The translations under genes were made by a program, and so were the position numbers. A stretch of DNA of 64,000 nucleotides from Candidatus Woesearchaeota archaeon (GTDB lineage Archaea > Nanobdellota > Nanobdellia > Woesearchaeales > JAHWHD01), in assembly GCA_019323515.1 (NCBI GenBank), contig JAHWHG010000015.1, positions 11,375 to 75,374 of the forward strand, written 5' to 3'. Positions 1 through 9,094 of this stretch are shown piece by piece. The notes beneath the pieces were generated by a model. That model worked only from the letters and a program-made list of their open reading frames with translations, was not told the origin of the DNA and made no database searches. Position 1 is the stretch's first letter; each line of letters begins with the position of its first letter.

Positions 1-2
1 AC

Positions 3-311
3 AGGGGAGACTTTGACATCTTCGGTCTAAAGATAACACACATATATGATAACCCTTCTGATTACTATATCAAGATTGGCTGCAAGAAAGGCTATGATGA
101 GGACAAGAACGAAATACCTTGCACATCCGATAGTTTTGTGTTACTCCCTGAAGACATGACGATTTCTTTACAGAAAAACCAGGAAAAAAGCACAGGTATA
201 GGTATTGAAGTTGCAAAAAACACTCCTTCTGGCAGATACATATTTGATGTTTCTATTACAAGAGACTCAACAACTACTGAAAGCAAGCAGATATATGTCA
301 CAGTGCCCTAA
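3..311 (+). CDS. 3' end of a CDS truncated by the window edge; hypothetical, possibly a surface protein
   Basis: Frame 3 is open from base 3 to TAA at 309-311 (...IKIGCKKGYDEDKNEIPCTSDSF...GRYIFDVSITRDSTTTESKQIYVTVP*). The 92..301 minus ORF in the track is its antisense shadow. No family recognised. Confidence 0.45.
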   Translation, partial: RGDFDIFGLKITHIYDNPSDYYIKIGCKKGYDEDKNEIPCTSDSFVLLPEDMTISLQKNQEKSTGIGIEVAKNTPSGRYIFDVSITRDSTTTESKQIYVTVP

Positions 312-433
312 CTATATATAGCACATATACCAAAGATTTAAATATATGTTTAACTTTAATAATCCCCAAGGGGGGCGAGTTATTACACATTACTATCTAC
401 TACAGTTTCTAATACTATCTTGTGGGGTGGAAG

Positions 434-655
434 ATGGAAAATTATTATATAGGCCTTTTCGAGTTTGAGAGAAGGTCACTGGATAAATTTTTGTTAAAAG
501 ATTCGACACTTGAAGACTCAGTCCTTGGGGTTAAGGAGAAAAAACCAAGCATTGCAGATAGTTACCTGAATGAGGATTATATGAGAATCAGAAGCAATAT
601 GCAGGCAGTATGCAGTTCTTCTAAATGTGATGTGTTGATTCTTAGAGGGAGTTAA
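434..655 (+). CDS. small hypothetical protein (73 aa)
   Basis: ATG at 434 is preceded by GGGGTGG (SD-like). The track start at 422 is GTG. No homology recognised. Confidence 0.3.
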   Translation: MENYYIGLFEFERRSLDKFLLKDSTLEDSVLGVKEKKPSIADSYLNEDYMRIRSNMQAVCSSSKCDVLILRGS

Positions 656-662
656 TCCCTTT

Positions 663-1262
663 TTATTTTTTTGATTTATTGCGTCCTCTTTTCTCTACCT
701 TATCCAACCTTTTAATCACTTCCCCAGCTCCTTCATATTCCTTATACCCTTCTAATACAGCTTCAAAGCATTCATCATAGATTTGATAATGTTTGCTCTC
801 TAAAGCCTGTCTAAGCAGATGCAGGTCACAAGCCTTATCCTCAACTTTAGTAGAAAAAAAACTCAACCCAAAATCAATAAAATATATCTGATCATCAAGA
901 ATCATATTCGAAGTAGTCAAATCAGCATGTATTATATCATTCTTATGAAGTATAGCCAGCTTCCTGCCAATCTCCTTGCTTAACTCCTTATGATTATTAT
1001 GCAGGACATCACGCAGCTTCTTACCATTTACAAAACTCATCTCAATCTTCATACCTTTATCATCCATAAGATTCAGGCTAGGCCCTGGAAAACCTATTTC
1101 TGTTAATTTCTGTATAACTTTAGCCTCCCTTCTTGTCCTTGACTTTCTTAACTTATCGTCAATCTCCTTTATCCTGTACGCTTTCACAAACCTCTCCTTT
1201 CTTACAATATCTCCATCCTTGTATAAGGTTGCTTCAGCTCCTTGACCTATTATTTCTGGCAT
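663..1262 (-). CDS. bud32: KEOPS complex kinase Bud32/PRPK
   Basis: About 200-aa atypical kinase with Gly-loop IGQGAEATLY, catalytic HADLTTSNMIL and DFGLS. Size and motifs are typical of archaeal Bud32. Confidence 0.85.
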   Translation of the reverse strand: MPEIIGQGAEATLYKDGDIVRKERFVKAYRIKEIDDKLRKSRTRREAKVIQKLTEIGFPGPSLNLMDDKGMKIEMSFVNGKKLRDVLHNNHKELSKEIGRKLAILHKNDIIHADLTTSNMILDDQIYFIDFGLSFFSTKVEDKACDLHLLRQALESKHYQIYDECFEAVLEGYKEYEGAGEVIKRLDKVEKRGRNKSKK

Positions 1263-1328
1263 ATGAAAAAGAAGAAAACAGGTGTTTTTAAAGGTTATCC
1301 CCTATATGAAATAGCCCAAAACCAAAAT

Positions 1329-1340
1329 CTTTTTAAATAA
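1329..1340 (+). promoter_or_regulatory. TATA-box-like element for rps12 (leaderless geometry)
   Basis: CTTTTTAAATAA is centred about 25 nt upstream of the ATG at 1360. Confidence 0.45.
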
Positions 1341-1359
1341 ACCAAAATTTCTGAACACA

Positions 1360-1797
1360 ATGGCTAAAAAATCACGTGGATTGAACTCAGCAAAAGCTTT
1401 GGTAAAGAGACGTAGGAAAGGTAAATGGCATAATAAGGACTATATCAAGAAAGCGCTGAAGCTTAAAGAGAAATCTGATCCACTTGTAGGAGCTTCACAG
1501 GCTAAGGGCATTGTTCTTGAAAAGGTACAGATTGAAGCTAAACAGCCAAACTCAGCTATGCGTAAATGCTGCAGGGTTCAGCTTATCAAAAACGGTAGAC
1601 AGATAACTGCATTCATGCCAAAGGACGGAGCACAGAAGCTTATTGACGAGCACGACGAAGTAATTGTTGAATGTATCGGCGGCAAGCAGGGAAGGGCAAA
1701 AGGCGACATCCCAGGCGTAAGGTGGCAGGTTATCAAGGTTAATGACCAATCATTACTAGCTCTTCACACTGGTAAACTAGAGAAGGCAAGGAAATAA
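1360..1797 (+). CDS. rps12: 30S ribosomal protein uS12 (S12P/S23e)
   Basis: [30 protein letters not shown] and the C-terminal [10 protein letters not shown] are signature uS12 sequence. Confidence 0.95.
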   Translation: MAKKSRGLNSAKALVKRRRKGKWHNKDYIKKALKLKEKSDPLVGASQAKGIVLEKVQIEAKQPNSAMRKCCRVQLIKNGRQITAFMPKDGAQKLIDEHDEVIVECIGGKQGRAKGDIPGVRWQVIKVNDQSLLALHTGKLEKARK

Positions 1798-1799
1798 AC

Positions 1800-2402
1800 A
1801 TGGCAAACAATCTTAAGGCTTTCAACAAATGGGAAACTTCTGGCATTGTTGTCACTGATATAGGCATCAAGGATTACATCACAGTAGAACCAAAGATTGT
1901 TCCAAAGACAGGAGCACGTTATGTTGGAAACCGTTTCCATAAATCCAAGGCATTTATTGTTGAAAGATTGATTAATAAGTTAATGACAACAGGCCACAAG
2001 AGCAAGGGCCATTTCAAGACATCTTATCATATTACTGGCAAGGCACAGACAGCCTATAAAATTGTAAAAAAGACATTCGAGATAATCGAACAAAAGACTA
2101 AACAAAACCCTGTAAAGGTATTTGTTGAAGCACTTGTGAACGCAGCTCCAAGGGAAGAGATTGTAACTATCGAGTACGGCGGTGCGCGTTACCCAAAGGC
2201 AGTTGAATGCGCTCCTCAGAGAAGGGTTGACATTGTTCTACGTCTGATGACACAGGGCTCTTACCATAAGGCATTTAATTCTAAGAAATCAATCGAAGAC
2301 TGCCTTGCTGACGAGATAATAAATGCATGGAAGATGAGCAACAATTCTGTAGCTATTGCAAAGAAGCTTGAAGTTGAGAGACAGGCTGACGCTTCTAGGT
2401 AA
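1800..2402 (+). CDS. rps7: 30S ribosomal protein uS7
   Basis: Starts 2 nt after rps12. 200 aa with archaeal S7-like sequence (RFHKSKAFIVERLINKLM..., PREEIVTIEYGGARYP). Confidence 0.95.
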   Translation: MANNLKAFNKWETSGIVVTDIGIKDYITVEPKIVPKTGARYVGNRFHKSKAFIVERLINKLMTTGHKSKGHFKTSYHITGKAQTAYKIVKKTFEIIEQKTKQNPVKVFVEALVNAAPREEIVTIEYGGARYPKAVECAPQRRVDIVLRLMTQGSYHKAFNSKKSIEDCLADEIINAWKMSNNSVAIAKKLEVERQADASR

Positions 2403-2446
2403 GTATAATCCAATATCTAAATTCTTATAAATTAAAAATCACTAAA

Positions 2447-2457
2447 CCTTTATAAAC
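2447..2457 (+). promoter_or_regulatory. TATA-box-like element (leaderless) for the Dph2-like gene
   Basis: CCTTTATAAAC is centred about 27 nt upstream of the ATG at 2479. The same RCTTTATAAAC motif recurs before other first genes. Confidence 0.5.
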
Positions 2458-2478
2458 TACCCTCTCCTTATTTCTCTC

Positions 2479-3162
2479 ATGAAAATATCCTTTATAGAAT
2501 CAAGGTATGAAGAAAAGTTCATTCTTCCAGATGAACATATAGAGAAACTACCCAAATCAATTTGCCTGGCTACAACAATACAATACTATGATTCTTTAGA
2601 AGCAATAAAACAACAGTTAGAAGAAAAAGGCATAAATGTAACATTATTCAAAGGCAAACACTCCTCAAATCCAGGCCAGCTTCTTGGCTGTGACATCCTG
2701 GAATCAGACGAATCTAAACAAGGTTCCAATAGAGACTTCGAAGCATTCCTCTACATCGGCGACGGAATGTTTCATCCAAAAGCACTTATGCTAAAGAGTG
2801 ATAAAGAAGTATTCACATATAACCCTCTTACAGAATCATTCAACAAGATAACACAAGAGGATATCCAAAAACTAAAACAAAGACAAAAAGCAGCATTAGC
2901 AAAATTCTACTCTGCTTCTAACATTGGAATAATCGTGACAACAAAACCAGGTCAGGAACATCTAAAGAAAGCAATAGTACTCAAAAACAAACTAGAACAA
3001 AAACAAAAAAACTGCTTCATCTTCATAACAGACACAATTAACCTTAACGAGTTGGAAAACTTTCCATTCATAGAATCCTGGGTTAACACTGCTTGTCCAA
3101 GAATCGCTTACGATGACGCTGTATCAATGGTGACTCTAGACGATTCTTTGGCCAGCTTCTGA
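2479..3162 (+). CDS. dph2: Dph2-like diphthamide synthesis radical-SAM enzyme, short two-domain form
   Basis: ICLATTIQYYDSLEAIKQQLEEKG, PGQLLGCD, FLYIGDGMFHP, IGIIVTTKPGQ and WVNTACPRIAYDD match domains 2-3 of archaeal Dph2. The N-terminal domain is absent. Confidence 0.7.
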   Translation: MKISFIESRYEEKFILPDEHIEKLPKSICLATTIQYYDSLEAIKQQLEEKGINVTLFKGKHSSNPGQLLGCDILESDESKQGSNRDFEAFLYIGDGMFHPKALMLKSDKEVFTYNPLTESFNKITQEDIQKLKQRQKAALAKFYSASNIGIIVTTKPGQEHLKKAIVLKNKLEQKQKNCFIFITDTINLNELENFPFIESWVNTACPRIAYDDAVSMVTLDDSLASF

Positions 3163-3781
3163 CCGGGATTATTGAATATTTATAATTGAATGTCAAAGCA
3201 TAATCTTTATTATGATGGACAACAGCGATTTTCTCACCAGGATTATCAATCAAACAGTTTGCAATCGTAAAAGAATCCTCACCATAGAACCTTCTCTGCT
3301 GCGTCAAACACCTATCTAAGATATCATTATTCCATGGTATTATATGAATATCATTCTGTACATTGTCAAACTTAACAGGCAAGTCAAGTAAACCTACATA
3401 TTTAACCTTCTCAGGTTCAACAACATGATAGATCAACAAAGAATCAGCAAATGTAACAAACAAAGCATCCTTTTCCTTTATTTCAAAAGACCTGATCTTT
3501 GAAAGTTTATCAGCAAGACTTTGTTTCAGATATTCTGCAGCATCAAATTGAAGACCATCAAGAAATAGAGGCACATAAAACCCTCTCTTAAAAAAATTCC
3601 ATCTCTTTATCCTGTGAAAATCATTCTTCACCTTCTCTTTATCAAAAAAACCAGCATCCTTAAGATGTCCGTTAACATCATCAAAAACAAGCTTCTCTAA
3701 TGTTGTAACAGAATCATCCCTTTTCTCAGGACCAGTGTAAACAGGCTCTCCGCATATATACTTTATATGTACCATAGACAC
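3083..3781 (-). CDS. hypothetical protein (232 aa)
   Basis: Long ORF with a non-repetitive sequence. Its 3' end overlaps the convergent Dph2-like ORF by 80 nt. No family recognised. Confidence 0.5.
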   Translation of the reverse strand: MSMVHIKYICGEPVYTGPEKRDDSVTTLEKLVFDDVNGHLKDAGFFDKEKVKNDFHRIKRWNFFKRGFYVPLFLDGLQFDAAEYLKQSLADKLSKIRSFEIKEKDALFVTFADSLLIYHVVEPEKVKYVGLLDLPVKFDNVQNDIHIIPWNNDILDRCLTQQRRFYGEDSFTIANCLIDNPGEKIAVVHHNKDYALTFNYKYSIIPVRSWPKNRLESPLIQRHRKRFLDKQC

Positions 3782-3984
3782 CTAGAATAATTGCTTAATA
3801 TAAAATCTTTTCGGAAATATTTCACAATAAAAAGCCTTTTTAAATGACCAAAAAACCGAAAAATTCCATTAATTTTTGCCTCTTTTGCTAAAATTCTATT
3901 GATTATTATAATAAATATCTTCCACTATACTAAATAATATAAAAACAAAACAAGAACAAACAAAACACAAGAGGACTGATTTAA

Positions 3985-4881
3985 ATGACAAAACAACAAC
4001 CATCATTCCTAGAGTCAATAGGAGATGCACTGAACTGGTTAGCTGATGACATCAAGGACGCTTTCAGTGGCAAAGAGACTGAACTAAAGAAACCAGAGTC
4101 AGAAGAACCTAAAGGAGGCCGCGTTGAATACTTGATAGACTACTTCATGTTCGGTATCAAGAAGAATTCAATCTCACAGACATCAATCTATGAGATAGTT
4201 CCAGAACTTTACAAGCTTAACAATAGAAAACTGTACAAGGCGCATGCTCTTGGATGTATACATCTTGACAAGCTTGACATGGCTTATAGTTCACTTGAAA
4301 AGATCGCAAGGGCTGATGACAGGAGCAGGGAGATGCTAGGTTTAGTTGCACATCAGAAACATGACTATAAAACTGCAGTAAAGCAGTTCACAGGTATTGA
4401 CATGAAAGCAAAGAACGCTTCAAGTGTAGCTTTCTCATTATCTCTTTGGCACACAGGAGAAAGAGAACCACAAAAACACTACAAGATACTTAAGGACATT
4501 GTTGAGGATTCACTTCCAGCCAACATCATACTTGGAACTGTCTACTTCAATAAAGGCCTCTACAGGGAAGCTGAGAAATACTTTGCAAAAGCAGTCAAGT
4601 TACAGCCAAACTCAATGGAGCAGCGCTTCAATGTATTAAGATGCCAGTACAAGAATGTCATTGAAAAATGCGAAACTAACCAAAGCAGCAGGAATAACAA
4701 AGACCACACAAATGACACAATCGGAGCATTCTACCTGATAAACCAGTTTTACATAGAGACAGGATGCAAATGGTTACCAAAGGAGACTGAAGAAAAGCTA
4801 AGGATCATTGAACTTGACATGCCGCGACTTCACATCTCAAACAATGACCTTATCAACGTACTTGACGCTTTGGTTAAGTAA
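3985..4881 (+). CDS. TPR-repeat-like protein
   Basis: Helical repeat pattern, for example LGTVYFNKGLYREAEKYFAKAVKLQPNS (TPR consensus-like). Confidence 0.5.
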   Translation: MTKQQPSFLESIGDALNWLADDIKDAFSGKETELKKPESEEPKGGRVEYLIDYFMFGIKKNSISQTSIYEIVPELYKLNNRKLYKAHALGCIHLDKLDMAYSSLEKIARADDRSREMLGLVAHQKHDYKTAVKQFTGIDMKAKNASSVAFSLSLWHTGEREPQKHYKILKDIVEDSLPANIILGTVYFNKGLYREAEKYFAKAVKLQPNSMEQRFNVLRCQYKNVIEKCETNQSSRNNKDHTNDTIGAFYLINQFYIETGCKWLPKETEEKLRIIELDMPRLHISNNDLINVLDALVK

Positions 4882-4914
4882 ACCTTTAAAAATTCCTTTC
4901 TTTTTCTTTAATAT

Positions 4915-6162
4915 ATGGATAAGAAGGAGACAAAACTAAACAAAGCACCTGAGATACTTGCACCAGCTGGAAACTGGGAGATGCTCTCTGCAGCTATAGA
5001 ATCAGGAGCTGACGCTGTATACTTCGGCACAAAGCAGCTTAACATGCGAGCTACTGCTTCTAATTTTGAACTTACTGAGTTAAGGAATGTAGTAAACAAA
5101 TGCCATGAAAACAATGTAAAGGCATACCTTACAATAAACACAATCATATTCGACAGCGAACTAGACAAACTAAAACAAATCTTAAAACAAGCCAAAGAAG
5201 CAGATATAGATGCAATAATCTGTTGGGACATTGCAGCTATCAAGCTGGCAAAAGAACTTGACCTTGAGATTCATCTTTCAACACAAGCATCAACAGCAAA
5301 CTTCGAGGCAATCAAATTCTATAATAAACAAGGAGTAAAGCGATTCATTCTAGCAAGAGAACTCTCTTTAGAGCAGATTAAATCAATAAAACAAGAGATA
5401 AAAAATCAAAATCTAGACATTGAAATCGAAACATTCATACACGGTGCTATGTGCGTCGCTGTCTCAGGACGCTGCTTTACATCACAATTCCTTTTCAACC
5501 GTTCTGCTAACAGAGGCGACTGTATCCAACCATGCAGACGTTCCTATAAAATTACCGACATAGAGGAAGGCTTTGAACTAGAATTAAACAATAATTATGT
5601 CATGTCAGCAAAAGACCTCTGCACACTTCCATTCATTGACAAGCTTATTGAGGCAGGCATTGACTCATTTAAGATTGAAGGACGCGTTAAAGGTCCTGAG
5701 TATGTAAAGACAGTTGTACAAGCATACAAGGAAGCGATAGAACTTGCGAAACAAAACAATTTAACAGAACAAAAGAAAGATGAATTAATTAAAAAACTAA
5801 AGACTGTCTACAACAGAAAACTATCCTCAGGCTTCTATCTAGGCCTTCCAACTGCAGATGACTTCACTGACATCTATGGAAGCAACTCAAAAACAAAAAA
5901 GACTTACATAGGATTCATTAAAAACTTCTATAAAAAAATCAATGTAGCAGAGATAAAGATAGAATCAGAGCAGCTTAACAAAGGCGACCTGCTTCTGATC
6001 ACAGGGCCAACAACAGGCGCAAAACAGCAGCTTGCAGACAGCATAGAAATAAATCATAAACCTATTGAAAAAGCAGAAAAAGGCCAAAGTATAGCTGTGA
6101 AACTAGAATTCCCAGCCAGGCCTAACGACAAAGTCTTTGTGCTTGATACACATCACAAGTAA
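4915..6162 (+). CDS. peptidase U32 family protein (collagenase-like / RNA hydroxylation family)
   Basis: PEILAPAGNWEMLSAAIESGADAVYFG N-terminus and the U32 signature ETFIHGAMCVAVSGRC. Confidence 0.85.
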   Translation: MDKKETKLNKAPEILAPAGNWEMLSAAIESGADAVYFGTKQLNMRATASNFELTELRNVVNKCHENNVKAYLTINTIIFDSELDKLKQILKQAKEADIDAIICWDIAAIKLAKELDLEIHLSTQASTANFEAIKFYNKQGVKRFILARELSLEQIKSIKQEIKNQNLDIEIETFIHGAMCVAVSGRCFTSQFLFNRSANRGDCIQPCRRSYKITDIEEGFELELNNNYVMSAKDLCTLPFIDKLIEAGIDSFKIEGRVKGPEYVKTVVQAYKEAIELAKQNNLTEQKKDELIKKLKTVYNRKLSSGFYLGLPTADDFTDIYGSNSKTKKTYIGFIKNFYKKINVAEIKIESEQLNKGDLLLITGPTTGAKQQLADSIEINHKPIEKAEKGQSIAVKLEFPARPNDKVFVLDTHHK

Positions 6163-6164
6163 AC

Positions 6165-6284
6165 TTAATACGCTGTAAGAAACTCCTCTTCTTCCTCCTC
6201 ATCAAACTTGACATACTCCCTGATTCGTTCAATCCTTGCGCCAGACTGTGTATAAGAAACTCTTCTTTCCCATTCAATATCCAT
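6165..6284 (-). CDS. possible 39-aa small protein
   Basis: ATG is preceded by GGGGTGG with a 4-nt spacer. Product MDIEWERRVSYTQSGARIERIREYVKFDEEEEEEFLTAY. Not in the track (under 60 aa). Confidence 0.25.
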   Translation of the reverse strand: MDIEWERRVSYTQSGARIERIREYVKFDEEEEEEFLTAY

Positions 6285-6395
6285 TTAACCACCCCGGGTT
6301 ATTTTATGGTAAATGTGCTATATAATTTCTTGGGATATGATGTATATGTATCAACAAAAAGATGGTAGAAAAAAATATACTAGTATTCAAACCTA

Positions 6396-6740
6396 TCATA
6401 ACATCTTCAGCTTTCCACTAACCTTATCAATCTTCGCTTCAGCATCTGGTCCAATACCCAAACATGTCACTGTTCCTGGCTCAACAACAGTCCTTCCAGC
6501 ATCTGTGATGACTGAAGCAACCAAGCCTTCAATCTTTGCAAGCTGCTGATAATTACGCAGTTCATCTAGGTCATTTACCTTAAGCACGACCTTCTTCATA
6601 CCCTGCTTTCTCCACGCAGCTACTTTCAACTTACCACTCCTTAAAACAGCCTCAACTGATGCATGCGCTACCTGGGCTGCTAACTTACCTTTCGGCAGTT
6701 TCAGGTCCTGCCTTACTAGAATTGCTTGTTTATATTCCAT
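6396..6740 (-). CDS. pth2: peptidyl-tRNA hydrolase, archaeal type (Pth2)
   Basis: ILVRQDLKLPKGKLAAQVAHASVEA ... VITDAGRTVVEPGTVTCLGIGP is typical Pth2 sequence. Confidence 0.9.
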   Translation of the reverse strand: MEYKQAILVRQDLKLPKGKLAAQVAHASVEAVLRSGKLKVAAWRKQGMKKVVLKVNDLDELRNYQQLAKIEGLVASVITDAGRTVVEPGTVTCLGIGPDAEAKIDKVSGKLKML

Positions 6741-6801
6741 AAGAAAAAATAAAAGATTATAGATATATAAATATTGCTATGCAAGCGATTGCTAAATCCA
6801 A

Positions 6802-7953
6802 TTAAATCCACCTAAAATAAAGCCCAAGCAGCATGAATATACCAATCAATAAAATTATAATTCCTGCAATCAAATGCAAAACCTTCAGCTTACTTGTCCT
6901 CCACTTTTCAGCTTTCTCTGTAGTTGTCAACCCAAAATAAATCAACACAGTTATTACCAACATTGGCAAGACAAACACCGCGTTATAGACCAGCAACAGC
7001 ATCATGGCATAATTCCTTGTAGCAACCTCTGCAAGTAATCCAAGTATGACAATATATGGCCCGGATGTGCAAGGCAGCAAGAACAAACTAACAACAAACC
7101 CAATCAAAAAAGCACCAGGAACTGAAGTAACACCTCTTATCACAGCTTTCAGTTTAGGCCTCCAGCTTCTAGGCACCTCCATTATAAACCATTTTCCATA
7201 CCAGAGATAATCCTTAAGATTAAACAACCCAATGAAGATTGCAAGCACTGCAACTATCCCAAAGAACCATCTTGAGACACCAGCTGCCTGTATTGCAGAA
7301 AAAAGACCGATTCCCATAAGGAAGTACATGATATAGATTGAAAGCGTAAATGCAAGGCCTGAGTAAAGCGCTTTTCTCCTATCACGGTTAGCAAGCACAG
7401 TTGTCAACAATATTATCAGCACAGCAAACGCACATGGATTGATAGCATCAACTGCAGCAGCGCTTAACACAGCTGGCAAAGTCAACTTTTTCTTAAGCTC
7501 AGTCTTTTCAGGATCTTCAGTTGGCGAACTCTCTCCCACTATTTCAGTCACTGAATCCTCACCATTCTCTAACCTGGACATTGGGTCAGCACAACCCTCA
7601 GTCTCACACCTCTTTATTTCATTCTCTAAACTGTCTGTAATAGCGCTTGAATACCCCACAATAACCTTACCGTCTATAAAAATAGTAGGCACACCCTGTA
7701 TCTCGCTCTCAAAAGCCTGGCTCATCTCAACAAACAAGTTACGACCTTCCAGATTAGCATAAACCTCATACTCATGCACATTTAAATCATAATCATCAGC
7801 AATCTCAGAAAGAAAAGCCTTCATCCCACTGCAATGCGGACAACCCTGGCCATAGAACAAGTAAAGATCAACCTGTTCTGCAGAAGCAAAACCTGACAGA
7901 CTAAAAAGAATTATAAATATTAATATAAGTAATAAGCACCCTTTCTTCCCCAT
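6802..7953 (-). CDS. exported thioredoxin-like domain fused to a CcdA/DsbD-type thiol-disulfide transporter
   Basis: Signal peptide, Trx motif GCPHCSGMKAFL, and a polytopic part with INPCAFAVLIILL and LLPCTSGPYIV (DsbD/CcdA Cys motifs). ATG at 7953 follows AGAGGTG; the track start at 7962 is a GTG inside the SD. Confidence 0.8.
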   Translation of the reverse strand: MGKKGCLLLILIFIILFSLSGFASAEQVDLYLFYGQGCPHCSGMKAFLSEIADDYDLNVHEYEVYANLEGRNLFVEMSQAFESEIQGVPTIFIDGKVIVGYSSAITDSLENEIKRCETEGCADPMSRLENGEDSVTEIVGESSPTEDPEKTELKKKLTLPAVLSAAAVDAINPCAFAVLIILLTTVLANRDRRKALYSGLAFTLSIYIMYFLMGIGLFSAIQAAGVSRWFFGIVAVLAIFIGLFNLKDYLWYGKWFIMEVPRSWRPKLKAVIRGVTSVPGAFLIGFVVSLFLLPCTSGPYIVILGLLAEVATRNYAMMLLLVYNAVFVLPMLVITVLIYFGLTTTEKAEKWRTSKLKVLHLIAGIIILLIGIFMLLGLYFRWI

Positions 7954-8264
7954 CTTTTGCACCTCTTTGGTTTAAGGAACTTAAAATCACCACCTTCTAT
8001 CCTAAGCGCCTTTCCATTAACAATAGCATCCGCTATCTTTTCTCTTGCAGAGACAACTAACCTGTGAAAAGTAGGCTGTGAAATAGCCATTTTGGCTGCA
8101 GCTTTCTCCTGATCAAAACCTTCAAGATCCTTTAATCTCACAGCCTCATACTCATCAACAGTTAACACACTTTCTTCTAGATCGCTTTTGCGAACACCAG
8201 CTGGCTTGAAATAAGTCACATCTGGTTCGCAGTTTACTCTTCTTGCTCTTCTAGGACGCGGCAT
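7920..8264 (-). CDS. DUF134 (UPF0251) family DNA-binding protein
   Basis: MPRPRRARRVNCEPDVTYFKPAG...LTVDEYEAVRLKDLEGFDQEKAAAKMAISQPTFHRLV is the canonical DUF134 N-terminus plus HTH. Confidence 0.8.
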   Translation of the reverse strand: MPRPRRARRVNCEPDVTYFKPAGVRKSDLEESVLTVDEYEAVRLKDLEGFDQEKAAAKMAISQPTFHRLVVSAREKIADAIVNGKALRIEGGDFKFLKPKRCKRWGRKGAYYLY

Positions 8265-8289
8265 ACTGAACTTCTGTACTTACTCCTAT

Positions 8290-8460
8290 TTAAGTCCTTC
8301 TGAATCCTCTTCCGAATCCTTTCCTAAGTCCTCTTCCACAAGGTCCAAGACCTCTGCCTCTTCCAGTTCTTCCGATTGGCTCTGCTCCTTCGCACTTGCC
8401 TAGCTGTCTTCCTGTCTTAGGCCCTTTTCCTTCTGGTCCTGTTCCATCTTCGTTTGGCAT
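8290..8460 (-). CDS. DUF5320-like small Gly/Arg-rich protein
   Basis: MPNEDGTGPEGKGPKTGRQLGKCEG matches the MPxxDGTGPxGxGPxTGR pattern of DUF5320, which commonly accompanies DUF134. The internal ATG at 8460 follows GGAGGTGG. Confidence 0.7.
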   Translation of the reverse strand: MPNEDGTGPEGKGPKTGRQLGKCEGAEPIGRTGRGRGLGPCGRGLRKGFGRGFRRT

Positions 8461-8490
8461 AACAACCACCTCCATGGTTAGTTTAGCTGT

Positions 8491-8531
8491 AATGAATCAT
8501 TATTCATTACCCTATATGAATATATATTCAT
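8491..8531. promoter_or_regulatory. two inverted repeats (candidate operator) between the TATA region and the DUF5320/DUF134 operon start
   Basis: AATGAAT-CATT-ATTCATT (8491-8508) and the perfect 16-nt palindrome ATGAATATATATTCAT (8516-8531). An AT-rich TATA-like run follows at 8533-8545. Confidence 0.4.
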
Positions 8532-8600
8532 AATTATATATAAAACTTTTGGTTTATTTCACCAAATCAAAGAAATAATCAGTTATGAACCGCTTTTAAA

Positions 8601-9014
8601 TCAATTATGCTCCTTGGAATTAAGGTACTTCTTCACTGCAGTGATTGCCTTCCCGATCAGCTTATCAGTGTAACCCTTGCGCAACTTTTCATTGTTTACT
8701 GTAGGAAAAGGCACAAACTCAATAACCCAGTGCGAGTTTAACTCATCAGTATCAGGAACTACCCAATACCTTTTGTAAGGCTCAACTGTAACCTCAGACC
8801 AATACCTGTTTGTCTCTTTACAGACATATTCAATCAGCTTCTCAAGCTCTCCTTCCTTGTCCTTTGGAACAGAAAAACGTACATTCGCGTTATAAAAAAA
8901 ATCATCCCCAGGATTATAACTTCTATCAGAAGCAACCTCAACATCAATATAATCAACTTTTTTAAGAATATCAACTAAAGGCTTTATCTTCTCATTAGGA
9001 TTAGGTCCATGCAT
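8601..9014 (-). CDS. hypothetical protein (137 aa)
   Basis: Clean ORF with no recognised family. Confidence 0.5.
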   Translation of the reverse strand: MHGPNPNEKIKPLVDILKKVDYIDVEVASDRSYNPGDDFFYNANVRFSVPKDKEGELEKLIEYVCKETNRYWSEVTVEPYKRYWVVPDTDELNSHWVIEFVPFPTVNNEKLRKGYTDKLIGKAITAVKKYLNSKEHN

Positions 9015-9094
9015 ACATTCTAGAAGGTAAATAGCATTAATAACCCTTTATATACTAGAAAATAGATATTAAAAACATATTAAAACCACGCAGA

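Noticed and set aside
312-421. CCCCAAGGGGGG and surrounding sequence as a possible structured RNA
   Set aside because: Only a 4-bp stem with a 2-nt loop is possible, and there is no flanking conservation or RNA-family signature.
4908-5243. Antisense or overlapping short ORFs inside well-supported genes (also 1552..1749, 6313..6549, 7439..7762, 11514..11818, 12164..12653, 13653..13904, 14420..15063, 42084..42535, 45942..47833, 53600..54119, 54886..55649 and others)
   Set aside because: Each lies within a longer ORF that has clear homology or better start signals. The products are low-complexity and lack SD or TATA context.
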